From: a virus
Lineage: Duplodnaviria > Caudoviricetes
Reading direction: 5' to 3' (one strand)
IMG/VR virus record: IMGVR_UViG_3300037455_000533
Span: 998-64,997 of that record
Length of the DNA: 64,000 nucleotides
The notes beneath the pieces were generated by a model, which was not told the origin of the DNA, ran no database searches, and saw only the letters and a list, made by a program, of their open reading frames with translations. Positions 1 to 9,282 of this stretch are shown here, one piece after another. Positions within the stretch are counted from its first letter, which is position 1. Each line of letters begins with the position of its first letter. The position numbers and the translations under genes are program-made.

Positions 1-845
1 GCCTTCTGCACGTTATCAACCAAAGACAAAGGTGCGAGATTGTTCGTCATCAAGAACGCTTTTATTTCGTTAATCTGGTCGGTAGAGTTAAACTTTTTCT
101 TAAGCTCAATCTCATCGTAATACTTACCCCCACCATCGACCCCAACCCAGACAAACCACGTACGCTCTTCCGACATCCTATCCCTGATCGTAAGCCTGAA
201 CAGATCCGCAGTGCGTTCTTCATTCCCAAACTTGTAATCAAGAGTAATCGTGTTATTCATCGTAAGGCCAGCCCAAGCCTCCTCCCCAAACTCAGGCATA
301 TACCTTGACTTTGACGCACTATCAATCAATTCATCAAACACAGGTGGAAACCACATCTTAATCAGACGCGTACGCACGTTATGAGACCTAGGATTTTTCA
401 CAAACGCTGGCACAGCCCCGTGATAATACGAAACTATATTCCCTTGCTCAGGCATATCAAAACACTTGAGAATGGCATCACGCGTAGGTACGTTCTGGAA
501 CAAACCCACCATATGATGAAAAATCGCATCCTTACCCTCTTGCGTAAACCTACCATCAGGATTGTCCAAGAAATCAGACGCATCCACGTTCAGAGTATTG
601 AGCACGTAATAAAACGCTTCCGAGGTATCTTCATCAATCGCATACCAAAGGCTAAACACCTTCGGATGCATATGACTACGTCCGTACGGATACTCTTTTG
701 CATCCGCAACAGAGATATAAGGCATATACACATCCACTTCCCCAGTAATATAATCATCCCTGTGTATATGCAAATCCCTGGCCGTATCAAAGATCGTATC
801 AACATTCGTAGTCTTATTCCCTTTTATAATCGGCTCTGCATTCAT
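1..845 (-). CDS. Hypothetical protein, 3'-truncated by the window edge (not in ORF track)
   Basis: Manual translation from ATG at 845 (MNAEPIIKGNKTTNVDTIFDTARDLHIHRDDY...) stays open to position 1. AAGGAAAA RBS directly after the stop of the vWA gene; same codon style as neighbours. Confidence 0.8.
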   Translation of the reverse strand, partial: MNAEPIIKGNKTTNVDTIFDTARDLHIHRDDYITGEVDVYMPYISVADAKEYPYGRSHMHPKVFSLWYAIDEDTSEAFYYVLNTLNVDASDFLDNPDGRFTQEGKDAIFHHMVGLFQNVPTRDAILKCFDMPEQGNIVSYYHGAVPAFVKNPRSHNVRTRLIKMWFPPVFDELIDSASKSRYMPEFGEEAWAGLTMNNTITLDYKFGNEERTADLFRLTIRDRMSEERTWFVWVGVDGGGKYYDEIELKKKFNSTDQINEIKAFLMTNNLAPLSLVDNVQK

Positions 846-857
846 AAACTTTTTCCT

Positions 858-2513
858 TTACTTGAGAGCTTCCGCGATGTTATCACCGAGAAAAATCTCA
901 TTCCTTTCAAAGCCCTTAGCCTCATCATATGCTTTTTCTGATACGTATGATGAGTGTTGGCATTTATCGCTTACGAGAACGTCAAACCATTTGCGTTTCG
1001 CAGCCATAAACTGGTCACAAGGATTGAACGCATCCGTATCCCTACAACAGCAGTCCTGCCCATCCCCGACATTAAGCACAACATCAACCTTGAGTTCGTT
1101 CGCTTTTCTGACCACGTTCTCAAAGTTATTCCCACCACAAGGTCTATACGTTTCCACGACCTTTTTCCATTTACGCATTGGTTCAATGTTTGATACGTAT
1201 GATTCGTGTACACATATGTATGAACCTGCCTTAGGCTTACCCAAGTCCTTGAAAATGTTCTCAATCGCACACGCAACCTGTTTCATAGTCGTGCCATTCA
1301 TCGAGCCCGAGGAATCAAGTGCAATCAAGACCTTAGGACTATACGATTTCTCATACTTAACCCCTTTCTTAATCAATCCTGTACTTGATGTTGCTCGTCT
1401 GCTTGGACGTGCGTAAGTTTTTTCCTTATTCTTGGAAATTTCCCCACGAATGAGCCCTTTCAGCTTCTTGAGCTCTTTCTTAATATTAACCTTTTGCCAT
1501 TTCCTATACACAGTCTCAAGCTGTTGTTGAGGCGTGCGTTCAGGATTATACCCAGTCACAGCACCTTCTAGACCAATTCCGTATGCATCTCCTGCTTCTT
1601 GATCTTCTTCGTACACTTGTGCCTGTGCTTTTTTCATTTTCTCAATCGCTTTCGCAATATCATCCTCGGACAGGTTAATTTCCTTATACTCAGTATCGCC
1701 CTCGGAACCTTTCTCGTTCGTTAACTCAGTTCCCAGAGTGGAACTCTTCTCATTACTTTTACTGTTATCGTCACTTTCCTGCCCAGATACTTGACCTTGA
1801 TTTTGACCACTTTCTTGCTCCTTTCCTTGTTTTTTACCTTTACCTTTACCTGAACTTTTTCCTTGCCCATTTCCAGCATCAGCCATATCCCCAGCCATCT
1901 GTGCAAGTTGTTGAATTTTCTCAAGATTATCCTTAGCCGTTCTCAAAAGTTCAGCATAAATCTCAGGAAAATACCTACACGGAATCACTTGCGGATAATC
2001 ATCCTCAGTCACAGATATGTCATACAACGCAACATCTTTCTTGACCATATGGCCACGATTGGCCTCAATCTCAGCCGTGACAATAAGACAGTTTCGTTCT
2101 AGTCTTGTGAGTTTTCCCATTGAATTGATTATACGCTTGTGCTGACATAAGATATGCGTGTACTCGTGTGCAATCATATTCTTGAGGTTGTCAATGAGAT
2201 TACACCCATAACTACTGCTAGTCCTTGCCTCGTGCTTGGCAATGGCCTCATTGATACACATAGCCGTAAGCTCGGTATCAATGTAGACATTGTTCTCATC
2301 CGCACACATACCCGTCTGGTTGTCCCTAAGATTTTGACGAGCCATTTTCGGCATCCCATCATCAAGCATATACGGATACCTGTTGATGAACGGGGCATAA
2401 TACGATTCATATTTCAATTCCTCAATCGCAATCGGAATCGCATCCTTAACATCATCCGCTGTAAAATCTCGACCGTATCTTCGGTCAAAATGCCACCTTG
2501 AGAGTGTTCCCAT
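858..2513 (-). CDS. Metallopeptidase-like (HExxH) plus C-terminal vWA domain protein (DUF2201-like), MoxR partner
   Basis: AHEYTHIL zincin motif, low-complexity G/K/Q/S linker, LIALDSSGSM MIDAS motif, GGNNF and VGDG motifs; MoxR ATPase nearby. Confidence 0.8.
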   Translation of the reverse strand: MGTLSRWHFDRRYGRDFTADDVKDAIPIAIEELKYESYYAPFINRYPYMLDDGMPKMARQNLRDNQTGMCADENNVYIDTELTAMCINEAIAKHEARTSSSYGCNLIDNLKNMIAHEYTHILCQHKRIINSMGKLTRLERNCLIVTAEIEANRGHMVKKDVALYDISVTEDDYPQVIPCRYFPEIYAELLRTAKDNLEKIQQLAQMAGDMADAGNGQGKSSGKGKGKKQGKEQESGQNQGQVSGQESDDNSKSNEKSSTLGTELTNEKGSEGDTEYKEINLSEDDIAKAIEKMKKAQAQVYEEDQEAGDAYGIGLEGAVTGYNPERTPQQQLETVYRKWQKVNIKKELKKLKGLIRGEISKNKEKTYARPSRRATSSTGLIKKGVKYEKSYSPKVLIALDSSGSMNGTTMKQVACAIENIFKDLGKPKAGSYICVHESYVSNIEPMRKWKKVVETYRPCGGNNFENVVRKANELKVDVVLNVGDGQDCCCRDTDAFNPCDQFMAAKRKWFDVLVSDKCQHSSYVSEKAYDEAKGFERNEIFLGDNIAEALK

Positions 2514-2514
2514 A

Positions 2515-3690
2515 TTAATCCTCTTTCTTATTACTATTCTTTTTCTTCTTCGTAGGAATATCTGGATACGTTTCTGGTGCGTCTACGCGTTCGTAGAATA
2601 CCCATTGATTACGCAAGTTCGTGCTCGAGAACATATTCAAGTCCTCAATCAAAAGTTCACGAGCATCCTTGATGTCAAACCCTTTCTTGACATCAGCTCT
2701 AAACCTTTTCACAGCACCAGCCATCTTCCTATGAATCTTCTTAACCCCATACGTGAAGTCAGTCCAATACTCAGAGATTTTCTCAGGATTGACCATAACC
2801 CCAATTCCAAGATAATCCATAATATCATACGCTTCATCAAACAGGAGATAATTCTTAGGCTCATAACCTCGGTTGGTCTTACGTGCTGTAGCACGCCAGA
2901 ACGTTTCCGTATAATTGTTTAAGCCCCTGCCCATTTCCGTTTGCTTTTTCAAGGCCTCTTTCGTCTTCTCAAGCAAATCCTCAGGTGCATTCGCAATCCA
3001 AGCCCATTCCCTGATAATATAATCTTTCTTCTTCGCATCCCATTCTTCTTGCGTGAGCCAATCTGGTTCTGGTGAGTAATTCGGAACGTCATTCGTGCGA
3101 TAACTTCCAAACTCAAACCACATCTTTTCCCAGACCTCATCCGAGATGATAAACTCACGTGTAGACTTGGTCAAGTTAAAGAACAGGTGCAAAGGCAACA
3201 TATTGTCCGAGCGATAGTTCTTCTTCTTAGACGCAATCGAAACCATTCCCCAAGTGCTTCCACGTGCTCGTGTTGTGTCTGTGAGAGTGTTATACGTATA
3301 ATTACGGTCATACTCATTCAAAGGATTTGTCTTGAACCCAGCACTCTTAATCTTCCTATACAAGAATGTATCTTCGAACGTGTACGTGTGCTTGTTCAAA
3401 TCATCTTGCTCTTTCTGATACAAGTCCTTTTTACGAGCCTTGGTCTTATCCCAGAACCTTTCATCATAAATATCCTTATGATAGTGGTCAAGCTGAATCT
3501 GTTTATCATAATCCATCGCAGTGTTGAGCAAGAGTTCAACCGTAAACTTTTCATCAGGAATGTGCCAAAGTGCTTCCGTAATCGAGTTATCGACCTTACC
3601 GTGGCTCTTTTCCATAGCCTCACACAAAACTTTATACTTGTGTGGGTACTTATTCTTTAACACTTCCGTGTCGTGACGTGCTTTTGCCAT
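2515..3690 (-). CDS. Hypothetical protein (391 aa) between the MoxR and vWA genes
   Basis: Long ORF, AAAGGAAAAAG RBS, tightly packed operon. Confidence 0.8.
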   Translation of the reverse strand: MAKARHDTEVLKNKYPHKYKVLCEAMEKSHGKVDNSITEALWHIPDEKFTVELLLNTAMDYDKQIQLDHYHKDIYDERFWDKTKARKKDLYQKEQDDLNKHTYTFEDTFLYRKIKSAGFKTNPLNEYDRNYTYNTLTDTTRARGSTWGMVSIASKKKNYRSDNMLPLHLFFNLTKSTREFIISDEVWEKMWFEFGSYRTNDVPNYSPEPDWLTQEEWDAKKKDYIIREWAWIANAPEDLLEKTKEALKKQTEMGRGLNNYTETFWRATARKTNRGYEPKNYLLFDEAYDIMDYLGIGVMVNPEKISEYWTDFTYGVKKIHRKMAGAVKRFRADVKKGFDIKDARELLIEDLNMFSSTNLRNQWVFYERVDAPETYPDIPTKKKKNSNKKED

Positions 3691-3720
3691 CTTAAACTTT
3701 TTCCTTTCCTTTTACTTATG

Positions 3721-4734
3721 TTAAGACTCGTTCTCGAGTTCAGCCTGTTTCTCACGAATGATTCTCTTCGCAATCATACGTGCTTCCCTAAACTTAGGAC
3801 CGACAATGTTCGGTTTGCGTAATTGTTCTTCGTATTGTTCTAGTGCTTCGAGTGTCATTGCTCGCATCTCTTCCTCAGTCGCAGCCACAGCTCCACTCTT
3901 GACCTTTTCCTCACGTCTTTCCGCAATCTTTTCCACATCATCAACCCACATCAATTTCTTGCCCAAGAACGCTTCCGCAAGTGGAGAACATAACTTACGC
4001 TTGTCCTTAACGTGTGCTAATGCTCGGCAGAATGCTGAGAATGAACGTGGGTTAATCTCGTGATAAGACTTACGGTCATCATTTTCGTTATACGTGTTCC
4101 ATTCATCTTCCGCAATCTGGTCCAAGAGAGCAAACTTCTGCTCGTTTGTGGCCTCATCAGCAGTATCGATCACATTACCGTTCAAGATGCTGTCCGTTTC
4201 AGTTTCCGTGAGATAGTCCTTATACGAGTCAATGGTGCTAATCACTTCCAAGACCATAAACCTAGACGCCATCGGGCGAATAAGTCTTTCCGTATCATTC
4301 TGGTCATTCGGGTTCATAGCCGCAACAATAACCACCTGTTCAGGAAGTTTCTTATTCAAAGTCGGAATCCTACGCTCAGCCAAAATCGTGAGAAAGGTCT
4401 TAAGCACTTGTGGGTCCGCAGTGTTGAACTCATCCAAGTTCAAGATAATCATCCCGTCTGGGTTCTCATTCGCAAACTCTTCCATTTCCTTGAACCATTT
4501 CTGTTCAATATACTCGAGAACGTTATCAACCGTGTTCACCTGTGGGATACCGTTCACATACTCTTCAATGGTGCTGGAACCAGTCATAGTAATGACCTTA
4601 CACTTAGGAGAACGCATAGCCTCAATCACTTGCGACTTACCAACCCCAGGATTACCCACAAGCAGGATGTTGGTCTTAGACTTGAACGCGAGATTGATAA
4701 AATCTGGTACGTGGTTAATTTTTACTTTCAACAT
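3721..4734 (-). CDS. MoxR-family AAA+ ATPase
   Basis: Walker A GNPGVGKS, Walker B LNLDEFN, AAMNP sensor, RPMASRF arginine finger, INPRS motif. Confidence 0.85.
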   Translation of the reverse strand: MLKVKINHVPDFINLAFKSKTNILLVGNPGVGKSQVIEAMRSPKCKVITMTGSSTIEEYVNGIPQVNTVDNVLEYIEQKWFKEMEEFANENPDGMIILNLDEFNTADPQVLKTFLTILAERRIPTLNKKLPEQVVIVAAMNPNDQNDTERLIRPMASRFMVLEVISTIDSYKDYLTETETDSILNGNVIDTADEATNEQKFALLDQIAEDEWNTYNENDDRKSYHEINPRSFSAFCRALAHVKDKRKLCSPLAEAFLGKKLMWVDDVEKIAERREEKVKSGAVAATEEEMRAMTLEALEQYEEQLRKPNIVGPKFREARMIAKRIIREKQAELENES

Positions 4735-4770
4735 AAAACATATTCCTTTTCTTAAAATTAAACTTATACT

Positions 4771-4803
4771 TAAAAATCATCCCAGACTCAACACTGGGAT
4801 GAT
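4771..4803 (-). terminator. Intrinsic terminator
   Basis: 10-bp inverted repeat ATCATCCCAG/CTGGGATGAT followed by a T run on the minus strand. Confidence 0.6.
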
Positions 4804-4825
4804 TCACATTCTTGTTATTGACCTC

Positions 4826-5593
4826 TTACAATAACTTAATCTCTTTCTCAATATCAAAAATGAAACAGTTCTTAGGAGATTTATCATTCGTATCCGCAGT
4901 AGCTTTCACGAACTTTTTCCAAAGTTCATCACCAAGTTCTTTCTTGAAGAATCTCTTGAACATAGCAGAGAACCTAGACATATTCTCGTTGTAAAGTTCT
5001 CCTGCTTCCTCCATCGTGAACTTGTGCTTGCCCTGATACGTTTCCGAAGCCTTGAGAACGCTCGCAAGAATAACCGTCTGTTCAGAAATGAACCTACACA
5101 CTTTCTCACGCTCATCCTTGTTCAATGTCTTGATGAAGATGTCTTCCGTTTTCGTGAGCCAGTCATCACCCGCTTTCGCAGCCAACATCCAGTACTCATC
5201 CTTTTCCGTAATCTCGACCTCTTCCCAGTCATCACCCGTGACTCTAATCTTGGTCTTGAACCCACCCTTTTCCGTTTCCTCAACCAATCTCTCTTCCTTG
5301 AGTTCTTTCGTCTGCTCTAACATTTCTTCATTCGCATTTTTGGTCGCATCCATAGTACTTTGTCCCTTCTTGGAGTTGTCAATAAACTTAATCAAGAACT
5401 CACACATATTTCTTAACCCATACGCTTGACCGAGCAGAACCAAATGCTCACGCTCTTCCTTAGATGCGGTCGCATCCATTTCCTTGAGTGCTTTCTTGTG
5501 TTCATCCGCATTCTCAAGAGATTTATCATACATTGCTTGGACGATTTCTAAAACTTGTTCAAGACTTTTTTCATTTACTTTACCTTGTGGCAT
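4826..5593 (-). CDS. Hypothetical acidic/helical protein
   Basis: 255-aa ORF with AAAGGAA RBS. Confidence 0.75.
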   Translation of the reverse strand: MPQGKVNEKSLEQVLEIVQAMYDKSLENADEHKKALKEMDATASKEEREHLVLLGQAYGLRNMCEFLIKFIDNSKKGQSTMDATKNANEEMLEQTKELKEERLVEETEKGGFKTKIRVTGDDWEEVEITEKDEYWMLAAKAGDDWLTKTEDIFIKTLNKDEREKVCRFISEQTVILASVLKASETYQGKHKFTMEEAGELYNENMSRFSAMFKRFFKKELGDELWKKFVKATADTNDKSPKNCFIFDIEKEIKLL

Positions 5594-5622
5594 AACATAT
5601 TCCTTTTCTTATTATTAAACTT

Positions 5623-5880
5623 TTACGCAATACTGATATGGAACTTGTTCCAAAGTGTATCCTTATAATCGAACGCATCCCAAATCGAGTTAAATTGTTT
5701 GGTCGCACCCGTGAGTTCATTCTTAACAAAGAACCTGAACTCATCCCTGTCATCTTCCCAATCCACATCCCCTTCCGTTTCAATAATCGTGACCTTGCCC
5801 GTGTAATGATTCACAGCCAAGACCTTGACCATAACATCAAACGTTTCCTTAGGTGTGTTCTCAATTTCTAACTCAAACAT
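5623..5880 (-). CDS. Hypothetical protein
   Basis: 85-aa ORF with GGAGG RBS. Confidence 0.75.
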   Translation of the reverse strand: MFELEIENTPKETFDVMVKVLAVNHYTGKVTIIETEGDVDWEDDRDEFRFFVKNELTGATKQFNSIWDAFDYKDTLWNKFHISIA

Positions 5881-5901
5881 AATTACCTCCTTATTCCTTT
5901 T

Positions 5902-6219
5902 CTAATTATTAACCTTACAATAAAACCTGACCTCGAACAGATCCCTATTCATAGCCTCTTTCGCAATCTCGAACTCAAGTTTGAGCTCGTCCTTTTCCCT
6001 ATTCAAGGACTCGAGCGTGCGATAACCACTATTCATAGTTGGGTGTTCAAGTTCATTCAATTCTCGTTCAAATGCTTGTTCGAGAACTTGTTCAATGTAT
6101 GGACGGATGAAATTCTTGTTCGGGTTCTCATCCGTGACAAACCCGATAATCTTGGTCGTGTTCTTGACCTTGTTCCCGTCTGGGAACGGCATATAAATCG
6201 TAACTGTGTACGCGTTCAT
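5902..6219 (-). CDS. Hypothetical protein (start moved to MNAYTV)
   Basis: AAGGAAAAAGG RBS precedes ATG 6219, in frame with the 5902..6270 track ORF. Confidence 0.65.
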   Translation of the reverse strand: MNAYTVTIYMPFPDGNKVKNTTKIIGFVTDENPNKNFIRPYIEQVLEQAFERELNELEHPTMNSGYRTLESLNREKDELKLEFEIAKEAMNRDLFEVRFYCKVNN

Positions 6220-6250
6220 CACCTTTTTCCTTTCCTTATTCTTAAACTTA

Positions 6251-6555
6251 TTCGTGTTCGTGGCGACCATATATTATATATACTGCCGACCGTGTTCGTG
6301 TTCGTGTTTTTATCTTTACAAGTATTCGCAACATTAAACTTATTTGTTTTCTTATGTTTATTTTCTTTCGCCTGCTTGTTAAAGTTCGCGTTAATAAGTT
6401 CGTTCCACTTCTTTTTCGCTTCCCTATCCTTAACGCTGTCCTAATCGTAAATGTGTGCTTGAACTCAAACTATAACTCCAACCTTGACTTGTGCTACTTC
6501 TTTTTCGTATCCCCGACACTAGCCTTGTTCGTGTTCCTCGTTCTTGTTCGTGTTC
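6251..6555. repeat. Dispersed GTTCGTGTTC / TTCGTG repeats
   Basis: TTCGTGTTCGTG at 6251, (CGTGTT)x3 at 6291-6308, CTTGTTCGTGTTC at 6524 and 6543. Confidence 0.7.
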
Positions 6556-6619
6556 TTAAACTCATTCCTGCCTATACTGCTGGCGAGTTTATACATATAA
6601 TATACATTGTAAAGATAGT

Positions 6620-6752
6620 TCTGTCTTGCCAACATAAGCGTAATTGGCTAAAATAAGGGCACCGATTTTCGGATCAATTTTTGAGCAAATTCGTTCATTT
6701 TGGATCTGGGGTCTAGTCGCCGCAACTGTATAAGTTTTTGGGGGGTGGGTGG
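6620..6752 (+). other. Conserved boundary element, copy A (promoter-like boxes, CTGTATAAGTTTT, G run)
   Basis: Five colinear blocks shared with 63735-63870 at near-identical spacing; TTGCCA-N17-TAAAAT at 6626-6654. Confidence 0.7.
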
Positions 6753-6757
6753 TATGC

Positions 6758-6787
6758 AAAAATTCCCGCCGCGGCGAGGCGACGGGA
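6758..6787 (-). terminator. GC-rich intrinsic terminator ending the recombination operon
   Basis: Stem TCCCGCCGC/GCGACGGGA, then ATTTTT on the minus strand just after the stop at 6794. Confidence 0.6.
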
Positions 6788-6793
6788 GAGGCT

Positions 6794-7231
6794 CTATAGC
6801 ATTGGCGTTGTTGTGGTCGTGTAGTATGTTGAATTGCTGCTACGTTGTTCTACTTCGAGCTTTTGTACTCTTGAGCACAATGTAGATACAAGTCCTTCCA
6901 ATGAAAGAACCTTAGATGTAAGATTGTTCACTTGATTCTGCAAATCATCTACACGTTTGTCGTTCTTAGCAAGTTTCAGTTTTACATCACTAATAAACCT
7001 GGCCACGAGCTTGTCGTTGGTATCATCCGTAAGTTCTTCCAACTGGAAGGACATTAACTCTTGCTCAGAGCTAAGATCGCTAATCTCCTCTTGTATCTTC
7101 TTAACTATATCCGCAAGGTCAGATAGTTGCTCTGCATTCTTGAGAGTGGCAGACATATCAGCGACGAGTGTTCCTTCTGCTGTATATATCTTACTTACTG
7201 CCTTTTTTTCTTCCTTTAGTCTTGCTGTCAT
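6794..7231 (-). CDS. Hypothetical coiled-coil protein
   Basis: 145-aa ORF with a heptad-like L/E/K/Q pattern. Confidence 0.7.
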   Translation of the reverse strand: MTARLKEEKKAVSKIYTAEGTLVADMSATLKNAEQLSDLADIVKKIQEEISDLSSEQELMSFQLEELTDDTNDKLVARFISDVKLKLAKNDKRVDDLQNQVNNLTSKVLSLEGLVSTLCSRVQKLEVEQRSSNSTYYTTTTTPML

Positions 7232-7394
7232 CTTTCTTCTCCTTGTTTATTAACTCATCAACTACGACAAATGAGATTACGAACCCACTGATCGCTATAT
7301 AGTATGTCCAAGCGTAAGCAAACAGTTCAGAGAATACGCCGAGAGATATACCAGCTAACAATGCTGTGAGTAGTGCTATATTTGATTTCTTCAT
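7191..7394 (-). CDS. Small membrane protein (two hydrophobic segments)
   Basis: GGAGG RBS; IALLTALLAGISLGVF and YYIAISGFVISFVVV. Confidence 0.65.
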   Translation of the reverse strand: MKKSNIALLTALLAGISLGVFSELFAYAWTYYIAISGFVISFVVVDELINKEKKDDSKTKGRKKGSK

Positions 7395-7404
7395 ATGCCT
7401 CCTG

Positions 7405-7482
7405 TGTGAAAGTTTTTAATGCGAAAGTTTTTTCGTAGGTGTGAAAGTTTTTTCGTTCATATTATTAATGCGAAAGTTTTTT
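7405..7482. repeat. Four direct repeats TGYGAAAGTTTTT
   Basis: Copies at 7405, 7420, 7440 and 7469. Confidence 0.85.
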
Positions 7483-8247
7483 CATTAGTCTGTCACAAAT
7501 AGTTTGGTTGCGTTTGATTTCCCAGATTTTAGTTGTAGGAGTTTTTTGGTCGAGAGGTCCGATACCTTCCAAAAGTTTTTGGTCTGAAGGCTTAGTCGAA
7601 TGTCTAAGTTTTTCGATTACTTTATCAGTTTCTTCTGCATCAGGATTACATAAGAACAAATATACACTATCTGTCTCTGTGATTAACATTGCCATATTAC
7701 ACTGTGCGATTGCCTGAGGTGGCACTGAAAGTATATCGAAGCAAGCCTTGCGATGTTTGAATGTTGGTACAATCTCATCTTCAGGTTTAGCCTCTTCAAC
7801 AGAACGAGTGTTCCCGTATTTATCTTTGTAGATAACATCGTTGTATGCCTTGAACTCTGCAAGTGATGCGATGTCATCAAGGTCTGGTTTACCATCCTTA
7901 ACTACACAAATTAAGCCATCAGGTGAATAACCAGCGTTCGGAAGTTTATCGTTCGTGATAAAACCACAGTCAACAAGAATAAGACCGTTCGACTTGAGAA
8001 CGTTATTATACCTATCCTTCATCTCGTGCTCAATCACGTGTCCACGCTCTGCGAATACATTTCCGTTTGGTGTGATACGATTTGCTGCGAGCCTGTTTGC
8101 TTCCAAAGCTGCGTTCTTACCCTTATTCAAGAGTGTGAGTGCGTTACTACACGTAACACGTCCTTCACGCACATCCAACCACTCCTGTGTGCCCTGGACG
8201 AGACCAAAATAGATATTAATGTCGCCGTACTTTTTAATCTGCGACAT
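7465..8247 (-). CDS. YqaJ/lambda-exonuclease family recombination nuclease
   Basis: QGTQEWLDVREGRVTCS, RGHVIE, GYSPDG, EFK and Q..MAM motifs. Confidence 0.85.
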   Translation of the reverse strand: MSQIKKYGDINIYFGLVQGTQEWLDVREGRVTCSNALTLLNKGKNAALEANRLAANRITPNGNVFAERGHVIEHEMKDRYNNVLKSNGLILVDCGFITNDKLPNAGYSPDGLICVVKDGKPDLDDIASLAEFKAYNDVIYKDKYGNTRSVEEAKPEDEIVPTFKHRKACFDILSVPPQAIAQCNMAMLITETDSVYLFLCNPDAEETDKVIEKLRHSTKPSDQKLLEGIGPLDQKTPTTKIWEIKRNQTICDRLMKKLSH

Positions 8248-8797
8248 CTTTCTCTAACCCCATTTCGATAGCAGGTGTAGATTCGTAACCAATACCTTTT
8301 AAGATATAACCGTACACATTTCTTACTGCACGAGAGATAGCACGAGTTTCTGCCATTCCGTACACTGCATAGTCTGGAAGGTTCTCCAAGAAGTCTTCTG
8401 ACTTATCTGCATACATATCTGACTGTGATACAAAACGACCAGTTTCCTTATCGAATAATTTACAAGTAGCCTTTACTGCCAAGCCACCCTCCATATCTCT
8501 GTATGCTTCTGTTTCAACTGAAGGGATGAGACCTTTAAGCATAGCGAGATATAACCATCCTTCGGCCTTAAGATATGTTGTGCCATCTTTCTTTTTAATT
8601 ACGAGTTCAGCACTCTCAACATAGTCCTTGAAGATAGCCCATTCTGTCTTTTCAGGGTTTGGTGCTTCAGTGATAGTTTCTTTAATCTTCTTCTCTTCTT
8701 TTTTGACAGGCTCAGAGTTAATCGTACTCTCTGCGTTTGAGAGTTTTTCTGTCAACTCTTCGTCCATCTCAATTTTTAACTGACCAATTTTACTCAT
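8234..8797 (-). CDS. Probable single-strand annealing recombinase (start at MSKIGQ)
   Basis: Adjacent to the exonuclease; MAETRAISRAVRNVYG helix typical of phage SSAPs; family not resolved. Confidence 0.55.
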   Translation of the reverse strand: MSKIGQLKIEMDEELTEKLSNAESTINSEPVKKEEKKIKETITEAPNPEKTEWAIFKDYVESAELVIKKKDGTTYLKAEGWLYLAMLKGLIPSVETEAYRDMEGGLAVKATCKLFDKETGRFVSQSDMYADKSEDFLENLPDYAVYGMAETRAISRAVRNVYGYILKGIGYESTPAIEMGLEKDVAD

Positions 8798-9281
8798 TGT
8801 CTTTGTCCTTTTTTCTTTCTTCACGCATCTTGTCCATAGCATCGTAGTCAATCTTAAGATTACCGCCATCCCCTTCTTTGAACGGGACACCGATCATAGC
8901 AAGTTCGATAGTAACGTTCTTAATCTCTTCCTTGATGCTGTCTCTGAACTCTTCGTATCCGCTTTCTTTTGTGCGTACGAAATTATATGGTTTGATGAGA
9001 CCATCCTTAACAGAACAGTGATACTCATTACAGACCAACTTAATCATATTTATAGCGTTGTCTGAGATTTCGCTTTCTGCCTGTTCCATAATATCTTCAG
9101 CATATTTAATATCATCAACGTTTTCGGTGTCGATGCCTCTGTCCTGAAGTTTTTTGACGGTAGAGATTACATTGCTTACAGAATCAGATGCTAGTCTCTT
9201 TGCTAAAAAGTAAGCAAGTTTGTAAAAGTCATCTGCGTTATCGATGATTACTGGTTCGCTGGTGTCTTTTATGTCTGCCAT
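8790..9281 (-). CDS. Hypothetical protein (start at MADIKD)
   Basis: GGAG RBS; overlaps the next gene. Confidence 0.65.
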   Translation of the reverse strand: MADIKDTSEPVIIDNADDFYKLAYFLAKRLASDSVSNVISTVKKLQDRGIDTENVDDIKYAEDIMEQAESEISDNAINMIKLVCNEYHCSVKDGLIKPYNFVRTKESGYEEFRDSIKEEIKNVTIELAMIGVPFKEGDGGNLKIDYDAMDKMREERKKDKDNE

Positions 9282-9282
9282 A

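Noticed and set aside
381-4834. Long plus-strand ORFs (381..941, 862..1416, 4060..4755, 4232..4834)
   Set aside because: Antisense shadows of biased minus-strand genes, with no RBS and implausible composition.
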